Shown in pieces: positions 56,620 to 64,000 of a stretch of DNA of 64,000 bases (positions are counted from its first letter, which is position 1; the number at the start of each line of letters is the position of its first letter). The notes under the pieces were generated by a model. It was given only the letters and a program-made list of their open reading frames with translations. It was not told the DNA's origin and ran no database searches. Position numbers and translations under genes: made by a program. The stretch covers positions 1-64,000 of the forward strand of contig JASGJN010000005.1 of assembly GCA_049840735.1 (NCBI GenBank). The letters are read 5' to 3'. This DNA comes from Anaeromyxobacter sp. GTDB lineage: Bacteria; Myxococcota; Myxococcia; Myxococcales; Anaeromyxobacteraceae.

Positions 56620-56623
56620 CGGG

Positions 56624-56935
56624 TTACCCCGTGATCCCGGGCACGCGGATGCCGCCGGTGGCCTTCTGCATGGCCTCGTCGGCGGCGGTGCGGGCCTTGG
56701 CCGCCGCCGCGTTGACCGCGGCCGCCACCAGGTCCTCCAGCATGGCCTTGTCGTTCGGATCGACGATCTTCGGGTCGACGGTGAGCCGCGTCACCTCGCA
56801 CCGGCCGTTCATGACCACCTTCACCAGCCCGTCGCCCGCCTCGGCCTCGACCGAGAGCTCGCCCAGCTTCTCGCGGGCGTCGGCCATGGCCTTCTCGAGC
56901 TTCTTGGCCTGCTTCATCAGGTATTGGATGTCCAT
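56624..56935 (-). CDS. ybaB: YbaB/EbfC nucleoid-associated protein
   Basis: [25 protein letters not shown]; dnaX-ybaB-recR order. Confidence 0.95.
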   Translation of the reverse strand: MDIQYLMKQAKKLEKAMADAREKLGELSVEAEAGDGLVKVVMNGRCEVTRLTVDPKIVDPNDKAMLEDLVAAAVNAAAAKARTAADEAMQKATGGIRVPGITG

Positions 56936-56984
56936 GCGGGCTCTCTCTGGCCGTCCTGGGCCCCAGGCCCCAGGCCTCAGGGAA

Positions 56985-58854
56985 TCACAGCTCCTCGAAT
57001 CTTCTCGATGCCGCCCTCCAGGATCCGGGCGGCCTCCTGGATGTTCGGGTGCGCGCGGGCCTGCTCCTTCACGCGCGCGGCGCGGGCCAGGCGCTCGGCG
57101 GCGTCCGCGGCGGCGATGGAGGGCGCGGCGGCGGCCGGGGCGGCGGGGGCGTCCGCCGCCGTGGGGGCGGCGGCCGAGGCGCCCACGGTCACGGTGAGGC
57201 GGGTGGGCCGGCCGAAGAAGCGCGCGAAGACGGCCTCGATGTCCGGCTTCCGGCGCTCGGCCGAGCTGGCGTACATGCCGGGCGGCAGCTGCACGGCCAC
57301 CTCGCCGTCCACCAGCCGCAGCAGCACCGCCTGCTTGAGGGCGGCGGCGGCCATGGAGCTCTCGCGCTCCACCGCCTCCACGGCGGCGCGCCAGCGATCC
57401 TCGGCCGAGCCGCCCGCGGCGGCGGCGGCCGGGACCGGCGCGGCCGGCTCGCTGCCGGCGGCGCAGCCCGGGGCCCCGAAGGCGGGGAGCTCGCGCCAGC
57501 CGCCCGCGTCGGGCGGCGCGGCGGGAGCGGCAGGGGGGGCAGGAGCGGCTGCGGGCGGCGCGGCGCGCGGGGCCGCGGCGGAGGCGGTCGAAGGCGCAGG
57601 GGCGGTGCGCGGGGCCGCCGGGCCGGGCGAGGGCGCCGGAGCGGCCGGGCGGGGCGCCGCGGCGCGCGTGCCGCCAGCGCCGCCAGCGCCGCCAGGGGCC
57701 GCCGGCGGGGGCAGCGGCGCGCCGCGGGCCAGCGCGTCAAGGCGCGCCACCAGCTCGGAGACCTGCGCGCCAGGGGCCAGGAAGACGCCGGTGAGCAGGG
57801 CCACCTCCAGCGCGTAGCGCGGCTGCTCGGCCTGCTTCACGTCCACCACCGCCTGCTGCGCCAGGTCGAAGAGCCGCGTGAGCTGGGCGCCGTCGGCCTG
57901 CCCGGCCTGGGCCTTCACCTCGGCCAGCTCGGCGTCGGGCAGGTCGAGCGGCGCGTCCGGCACCAGCTTCGCGACCACCACGTTGCGCAGGTGGCGGACG
58001 ATCTCCTCGGCCACCCGCTTCATCTCCAGGCCGCGGGCGTGGAGCGCCTCCAGCTCCTGCAGCAGCGTCGCGCCGTCCCGGCCGACCAGCGCGCCGCCGA
58101 TGCGCGACACCGCCGCCGCGTCCACCGCGCCCAGCGCCTCGGCCACGGCGCCGTCGTCCGGGGCCTCGCCGGCGGCGGCGCGCACCTGGTCGAGCAGCGA
58201 GAGCGCGTCGCGCATCCCGCCCTCGGCCTGCCGGGCCACCAGCGCCAGCGCGGCCGGGGAGAGGCGCATGCCCTCCTCGGCGGCCACCGCGCCCAGGCGG
58301 TCGGCGATCTGCTGCAAGGTCAGCCGGCGGAAGTCGAAGCGCTGGCAGCGGGAGAGGATGGTCTCCGGGACCTTGTGGACGTCGGTGGTGGCCAGCACGA
58401 ACTTCACGTGCTCGGGCGGCTCCTCCAGCGTCTTCAGGAGCGCGTTGAACGCGCCCTGCGACAGCATGTGGACCTCGTCGATGACGAAGACCTTGTAGCG
58501 GTCGCGGGCCGGCCGGTACTTCACCGCCTCGACGATGTCGCGGACGTTGTCCACGCCGTTGTTGGAGGCGGCGTCGATCTCCACCACGTCCACGGCGCGG
58601 CCCTCGGCGATCTCCACGCACGGCGTGCAGGCGCCGCAGGGCTCGGCCGTCGGCCCCTTCTCGCAGTTGAGCGCCTTGGCGACCAGGCGGGCGGTCGTGG
58701 TCTTGCCCACGCCGCGCGGGCCGGTGAACAGGAAGGCGTGGGCCAGCTGCCCCGTCTTCAGCGCGTTGGAGAGCGTGCGGACCACGTGCTCCTGGCCGGA
58801 CATCTGACCGAAGCGCTGCGGCCGGTACTTGCGGGCGAGGACGAGGTAAGCCAT
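56985..58854 (-). CDS. dnaX: DNA polymerase III subunit gamma/tau; +1 frameshift at about 56999 (true end KIEEL*)
   Basis: [46 protein letters not shown]. Confidence 0.97.
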
Positions 58855-58884
58855 GCGCGAGGGGACCCTCGGCCAACAATGAAC

Positions 58885-58993
58885 GAGCCGGCCCACAATC
58901 CCCGGGCGCACGGAGGACCTCCTACCGTTGCTCCCTTCCGGGCCTGGCGGGGTTTGGAGGCCCCCACGTCGCCCGAGGATTCTGGGCCGGCTC
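58885..58993 (-). ncRNA. ffs: Signal recognition particle RNA (4.5S)
   Basis: Long hairpin with CCGCCAGGCCCGGAAGGGAGCAACGG domain IV; upstream of dnaX. Confidence 0.93.
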
Positions 58994-59046
58994 TTGCTGC
59001 GTCCACCGCCACCTGCCCGTCTTCAACAGCCGGGGCAGGCTTCTTA

Positions 59047-59136
59047 TGGCGGAGAGGGTGGGATTTGAACCCACGGTACCGTTCCCGGTACACACGATTT
59101 CCAGTCGTGCACCTTCAACCGCTCGGTCACCTCTCC
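59047..59136 (-). tRNA. tRNA-Ser(GGA)
   Basis: GGAGAGG acceptor stem, CACGA-CTGGAAA-TCGTG anticodon arm, long variable arm, TTCAAAT loop, GCCA end. Confidence 0.96.
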
Positions 59137-59241
59137 ATTTCTTGCCGGGGGAGGTTCAGCTCCCCCGAACCCTCTGCTCGCGACGGGCCAGGCTCTTCCG
59201 CCTGCCCCTGCGCTCGCCTAAGGTCCTCGACCTTGAATGAG

Positions 59242-59329
59242 CGGAGAGCGAGGGATTCGAACCCCCGGTACCGTTGCCGGTACACCTGATTTCGAGTCAG
59301 GCGCCTTCGACCAACTCGGCCAGCTCTCC
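59242..59329 (-). tRNA. tRNA-Ser(CGA), CCA not encoded as read
   Basis: GGAGAGC acceptor stem, CCTGA-CTCGAAA-TCAGG arm, long variable arm, TTCGAAT loop; 3' reads G-CTCA. Confidence 0.94.
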
Positions 59330-59410
59330 GCGGGCGGATTTAACCCATCTCCCCTGGCGTGCCAAGGGGGAACGGGGCTGGATCGCGCATTCCGCCTGCG
59401 ACCAGGGGCC

Positions 59411-59899
59411 TCAGGACGCCTCGTCCCCCGGCCCGCCCGGGCGCGCCCCTCCCCGGCGGGAACGGAAGAACGCCCGCAGCAGCTCGCCGGCCTCCTCCGC
59501 CCGGAGCCCCCGCTCCACCGGCAGGCGGTGGTTGAGCCGGGGGTCGTTGCAGAGATCCTGGAGCGAGCCGGCCGCGCCGGCCTTGGGATCGGCGGCGGCG
59601 AAGACCAGCCGGTCGAGGCGGGAGAGCACGATGGCGCCGGCGCACATGGCGCAGGGCTCGAGCGTCACCACCAGCGTCACGCCGGTGAGCCGCCACCGCC
59701 CCAGCGTGCGCGCCGCGCCCTGGATGGCCAGCAGCTCGGCGTGGGCGGTGGGATCCTGGGCCCGCTCGCGGGCGTTGGCGCCGCGCCCCACGATGCGCCC
59801 CTCGAACAGCGCCACCGCGCCGACCGGCACCTCGCCGGCCTGCGCGGCCTCGCGGGCCAGCGCCAGCGCCTCGTCCATGGCCTGCTCGACGGTGATCAC
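59411..59899 (-). CDS. tadA: tRNA adenosine(34) deaminase
   Basis: GEVPVGA, DPTAHAE, TLEPCAMCAGA, DPKAGA, LNH. Confidence 0.95.
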   Translation of the reverse strand: MITVEQAMDEALALAREAAQAGEVPVGAVALFEGRIVGRGANARERAQDPTAHAELLAIQGAARTLGRWRLTGVTLVVTLEPCAMCAGAIVLSRLDRLVFAAADPKAGAAGSLQDLCNDPRLNHRLPVERGLRAEEAGELLRAFFRSRRGGARPGGPGDEAS

Positions 59900-61672
59900 G
59901 CCCCGCTCTGTAGCACGGGCAGCAGCTCCGGGTGATCGGCGCAGGCCAGGCCGCAGGCGCGGCAGGTGTCCACCGCGCACTTCGGGGTGATGCGGGCCCC
60001 CACGCCCCGCTTCCACTCGCGCGCCAGGAAGGCCTTGGTGACCCCCTGGTCGATGAAGTCCCAGGGCAGCACCTCGTCCACGCGCGCCTCGCGCAGCACG
60101 AAGAAGTCCGGGTCGTGCGGCCAGCGGCGCAGCGCGGCGCGCAGGTCGCCGCCGGTCTCGCGGTGGGCCAGCTCCAGCAGGTCGGCGCAGCGCCGGTCGC
60201 CGCGCGAGAGGAGCGTCTGCAGCGCCGCCTCGCGCGGGCTGAGGAAGTCCACGTCGATGCCCTTGGGGCGCAGCGTCTTCTCCAGCAGCTTGCGCTTGGC
60301 CTCCAGGCACCCCTTCTCCTGCATGGGCACCCACTGGAACGGCGTCCAGGGCTTGGGCACGAAGGGGTTCACCGAGAGCGTGATGCGCCCCATGCGCCCG
60401 CGCTCGCGCGCCAGCGGGAGCATCACCTCCTCGCGGATGCGCAGCGCGATCCGCGCCATGCCCAGCAGGTCGTCGTCGGTCTCGGTGGGCAGGCCGCACA
60501 TGAAGTAGAGCTTCACGTGCTGCATGCCCTGCCCCAGCGCGTTGCGCGCGGCCTGGACGATCTGGTCGTCGGTGAAGTCCTTGTTGATGACCCGGCGCAT
60601 CCGCTCGGTGCCGGCCTCCGGCGCCAGCGTGATGGAGCGCTCGCCCCCGGCCGCCATCCGGCCGGCCAGCGCGGGGGTGATGGCGTCCACGCGCAGCGAG
60701 GAGGGGCTGAACGTGCCGCCCTGCTCGCCGATGAAGCAGGTGAGCGCATCCAGCCCGGTGTAGTCGCTGGTGTCCGGCCCCACCAGCCCCACGCGCAGGC
60801 CGGCGTCGATGCCCTTCTTCACCTCGGCCCGCAGGGTCGTGAGCTCCACCTCGCGGTAGGGGCGCTGGACGAAGCCGGCGGCGCAGAACCGGCAGCCCCA
60901 GAGGCAGCCGCGGGCCACCTCGGTGAGGAACAGGTCGCCGAACTGGGCGTCGGGCGTCTCCACCACGCGGGAGGTGGGGATGGTCCGCAGAATCCTCGAC
61001 GTAGCGCCGCTGCACGCGGGCCGGGGCGCCGCCGCGCGGCTCGAAGCGGGTCACCCAGCCGCCGGCGGGGTCGCGCGTGTCGGCGTAGGCGACGTCGTAG
61101 AGCGCGGGCACGTACGAGCCGGGCAGCCGCGCCAGCGAGGCGAGCAGCGCCGCCCGCCCCTGCCCGGCCCGCAGCGCCTCGCGGGCGAAGGCCAGGAAGG
61201 GCGGGACCAGCACCTCGCCCTCCCCCACCAGGAAGGCGTCGAAGAAGGGGGCCAGCGGCTCCGGGTTCACCTGGACGCCAATCCCGCCCGCCACCACCAG
61301 CGGGTGCCCCTCCCCCCGGTCGGCGCTGCGGAGCGGCAGCCCGGCCGCGTCCAGCAGGGCCAGCACGTTCAGGTCGTCCTCCTCGAAGGAGAGCGAGAAC
61401 GCGATCACGTCGAACTGCGTGAGCAGCCGGCCGGACTCCACCGTCCGCGGCGGGCCGCCGGGGGCGGCACCGGCGCCGGCGGGCGCGGGTTCGGGCAGGA
61501 AGGCGCGCTCGCAGACGGTGCCCGGGTCGTCGTTGAAGAGCCGGTAGACGGCATGGACGCCCAGGTTGGCCATCCCCAGCCGGTAGGCGTTCGGGTAGAC
61601 GAGCGCCACCCGGAGCCTTCCGCCCGGGTCCTTCCGGAGCTCGCCCCGCTCCCGTGGTGCCTCCGTCCGCAT
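59896..61672 (-). CDS. Radical SAM protein with B12-binding-like N-domain (TIGR03960-related), +1 frameshift at about 60992
   Basis: YPNAY..GMANLG, EVARGCLWGCRFC, TLAPEAG.ERMR, KLYFM.GLP.E, FVPKP.TPFQ. Confidence 0.87.
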
Positions 61673-61789
61673 CCCGCGCGACCTTGTAAGGGAACCCGGC
61701 CCGCCCCGCCACGCGCAAAACGCCGGGGGCGCACCCGCGGCCCTCCCGTACTACAATCGCCGCCCTCACGTCCGAGCCGGGGATCCGCG

Positions 61790-62704
61790 ATGAAGACCCA
61801 GACCCTCCTCCTCACCGCCCTGCTGGCCGCCCTCGGCAGCTCGGCGGCCCCCGCGCCCGCCGCGGAGCCCGCCGCCAAGGCCCCGGCCCCGACCGCCGAG
61901 GACCCGGAGGCGGTGCTGCCCGGCGTCTCGCTGGAGGGGCTCACCCCCGAGCAGAAGAAGGCGCTGGCCCAGTTCGCGCTGGAGGACTTCTGCTACTGCG
62001 GCTGCCCGCACACGCTCTCCGAGTGCCTGCGGACGCACCACGGCTGCCGCCACGCGCCGCGCATGGTGCAGGTGGCCATGCGGGTGGCCCGCTCCGGCGC
62101 CTCGCCGGCGGAGATCAGGACCTGGGTGGACGGCTACTACGCCTCCTTCGACAAGCGGAAGCGGCTGGACGTGAAGGCCTTCGGCCCGCCGCGCGGCAAC
62201 GCCGCCGCCCCCATCACGCTGGTCGAGTTCTCCGACTTCACCTGCCCGTTCTGCCGCCGGCTGCGGCCGGCGCTGGAGGAGTGGGTGGACGCCCACGCCG
62301 ATCGCGTGAAGCTCTACTTCAAGCCCTTCCCCATCGAGTCCCACCCCGGGGCCTGGGAGTCGGCGCTGGCCGCCGAGTGGGCGCGCTCGGTGGACCAGTT
62401 CTGGCCCATGCACGACGCCATGTTCGAGGCCGAGGTCCACACCACCGACGCGCTGGCCGCGGAGGCCGAGGCGCTGGGGCTGGACGCGTCGGACCTGCGC
62501 GACGCCATCCTCTCCAAGAAGTTCCAGTCGCGCATCCTCTGGTCGCAGCGCGAGGCCCGCGACGCGGGCGTGACCGGCACGCCCACGCTCTTCATGGACG
62601 GCCGGATGGTGCAGGTGCCGCTGGACGGCACGGCGCCCTGGCTCGACTTCGTGCTGGAGGACGAGGAGGAGTGGAAGGCCCACGGCGGCTGGACCCGGGA
62701 CTGA
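61790..62704 (+). CDS. DsbA/thioredoxin-fold periplasmic protein with N-terminal Cys-rich motif
   Basis: Signal peptide; VEFSDFTCPFC, GVTGTPT; extra CYCGC-x6-C-x6-C. Confidence 0.85.
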   Translation: MKTQTLLLTALLAALGSSAAPAPAAEPAAKAPAPTAEDPEAVLPGVSLEGLTPEQKKALAQFALEDFCYCGCPHTLSECLRTHHGCRHAPRMVQVAMRVARSGASPAEIRTWVDGYYASFDKRKRLDVKAFGPPRGNAAAPITLVEFSDFTCPFCRRLRPALEEWVDAHADRVKLYFKPFPIESHPGAWESALAAEWARSVDQFWPMHDAMFEAEVHTTDALAAEAEALGLDASDLRDAILSKKFQSRILWSQREARDAGVTGTPTLFMDGRMVQVPLDGTAPWLDFVLEDEEEWKAHGGWTRD

Positions 62705-62707
62705 CGG

Positions 62708-63991
62708 ATGGCGCTGCTGCTCGACATCGACCCGCACGGCCGGGTGGCGCCGCAGGGCGACGAGGTCCGCCGCGCCCTGGCCGACCGCGCCGGGCGCTTC
62801 GCGCTGCTCCCCTCCGCGCCGGACCTGCTGGTGGCGCGCCGCTCCCCCGCCGCCGGCGGCGTGGCCGGGCGGCCGCGCTGCATCCTGGCCGGCGACCTGG
62901 CCGGCTTCCCCATCGCCGACTTCGTGGCCTTCATGCACCAGTCGCGCCTCTCCGGGATCCTGACCGTGGCGGCGGGCGGGGCCGAGCGGGCCATCGCCTT
63001 CAAGGATGGCGAGGTCCGGCGCGCCCAGTCCACCGCGGCCGGCGAGCGGATCGGCGAGGTGGCGGTGCGGCTCGGCTTCGCCACCGAGGCCCAGGTGGCC
63101 CAGGCCACCGCCGGCGGGCGGCCGCTGGGGAAGGGGCTGGTGGACGCGGGCGTCCTCTCCGCCAACGACCTCTGGAAGTGCTTCCACGAGCAGGTGACGG
63201 CGGTGTTCCACGCCATCCTGCTGGCGCGGGAGGGGACCTTCCACATGATGGACGAGGAGGTGGCGGACCGCGCCGGCGCCCCGCTGGCCGTCTCCACCCA
63301 GTCGCTGCTCATGGACGGGATCCGGCGCATCGACGAGATGAGCCTGTTCCGGGCCCGCATCCCCGGCCCCAAGGCCTACCTGCGCCGCCGCGCTCCGCGC
63401 CGCCCCATCACCCTCAAGCCGCTGGAGCAGCAGCTGCTGGACGGCGTGGACGGGCAGCGGACGGTGGCGGAGCTGGCCACGCTGGCCCACCTCAACGAGT
63501 TCGACGCCACCAGAATCCTCTACCACCTGGCCGAGGCCGGCTACCTGGAGGCGGTGGAGGAGCCCACGGCGCAGGCCGCGCCGGAGGGGCAGCTCCCGGC
63601 CATCGCGGCCGGCATGAACGAGCTGTTGAAGCTGGTGGTGATGGCCATCCCCGAGCCGGGCCGGCCGGGGTTCCTGGCCAGCCTCCGCGCCTTCCTGGCG
63701 GACGGCACCCACGCGCTGGCGCCGGTCTGGGCCCGGGCCGCGCACGGGCCGGACGGCACGCTGGACGCGGCGGCGGTGGTGGGGAACGTGACGGCGCTGC
63801 CGCAGCCCACGCTGGCGCGGCTGGAGCCCACCGCCGACCGCGCCCGCCTGCTCTTCGCGGCGCTGCGCGAGGTGCTGTTCTTCTACCTGTTCGTGGCCGG
63901 CGATCGCATGTCGCGCGAGGCCGACGAGGCGCTGGGCGCCGCGGTCCGGCCGAGGCTCACCGCGCTCGAGGGGCTGCTGGACGCGCCGTGA
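62708..63991 (+). CDS. DUF4388 (PatA-N-like) domain protein
   Basis: LAGDLAGF.IAD..., SGILTV, IAFKDGEV..A.S, LLMDGIRRIDE, wHTH-like VDGQRTVAELA. Confidence 0.78.
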   Translation: MALLLDIDPHGRVAPQGDEVRRALADRAGRFALLPSAPDLLVARRSPAAGGVAGRPRCILAGDLAGFPIADFVAFMHQSRLSGILTVAAGGAERAIAFKDGEVRRAQSTAAGERIGEVAVRLGFATEAQVAQATAGGRPLGKGLVDAGVLSANDLWKCFHEQVTAVFHAILLAREGTFHMMDEEVADRAGAPLAVSTQSLLMDGIRRIDEMSLFRARIPGPKAYLRRRAPRRPITLKPLEQQLLDGVDGQRTVAELATLAHLNEFDATRILYHLAEAGYLEAVEEPTAQAAPEGQLPAIAAGMNELLKLVVMAIPEPGRPGFLASLRAFLADGTHALAPVWARAAHGPDGTLDAAAVVGNVTALPQPTLARLEPTADRARLLFAALREVLFFYLFVAGDRMSREADEALGAAVRPRLTALEGLLDAP

Positions 63992-64000
63992 CCGACCTCC

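Noticed and set aside
56985..58854. dnaX gamma/tau programmed frameshift
   Set aside because: No A-AAA-AAG or poly-A slippage site seen; the only indel is 4 codons from the end at a GATC.
59047..59329. tRNA-Ser genes as an island or prophage integration site
   Set aside because: The flanks are conserved housekeeping genes; no integrase or duplicated tRNA 3' end was seen.
59411..61672. 753-aa radical-SAM-N/TadA fusion ORF
   Set aside because: It arises from the frameshift at about 60992; the corrected radical SAM gene ends at 59896 and tadA starts at the overlapping GTG.

Overview
The window has two compositionally different parts joined mid-gene at about 5113-5115. (1) 1-5114 has visibly lower GC (roughly low 60s %, by eye) and Alphaproteobacteria-like codon use. 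It carries a minus-strand arginine deiminase operon arcD-arcA-arcB-arcC plus a hypothetical gene running off the left edge. (2) 5115-64000 is very GC-rich (roughly mid 70s %, by eye) Myxococcota DNA, most like Anaeromyxobacter. It contains housekeeping genes (nth, pssA, pgpA, cinA, recA, comM, udg, recR, ybaB, dnaX, ffs, two tRNA-Ser, tadA) and an HEXXH-peptidase/propeller/Omp85 fusion. It also contains a 14 kb LacI-controlled cellobiose/cellodextrin utilisation locus (GH9, GH94, ABC transporter, GH1, LamB) with five readable operators. A 21 kb co-oriented envelope cluster runs mglB-mglA, Glt-paralogue TPR/TonB genes, a coiled-coil plus cNMP pair, a giant FG-GAP + 12x Ig-like protein, and a beta-barrel + short OPX polysaccharide exporter. 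About 15 apparent frameshifts cluster at GATC (right part) or GANTC (left part). They are most likely methylation-linked long-read errors, and the motif switch supports a chimeric join. A REP-like hairpin family with covarying inner stems occurs four times. No CRISPR array, integrase or transposase was seen.
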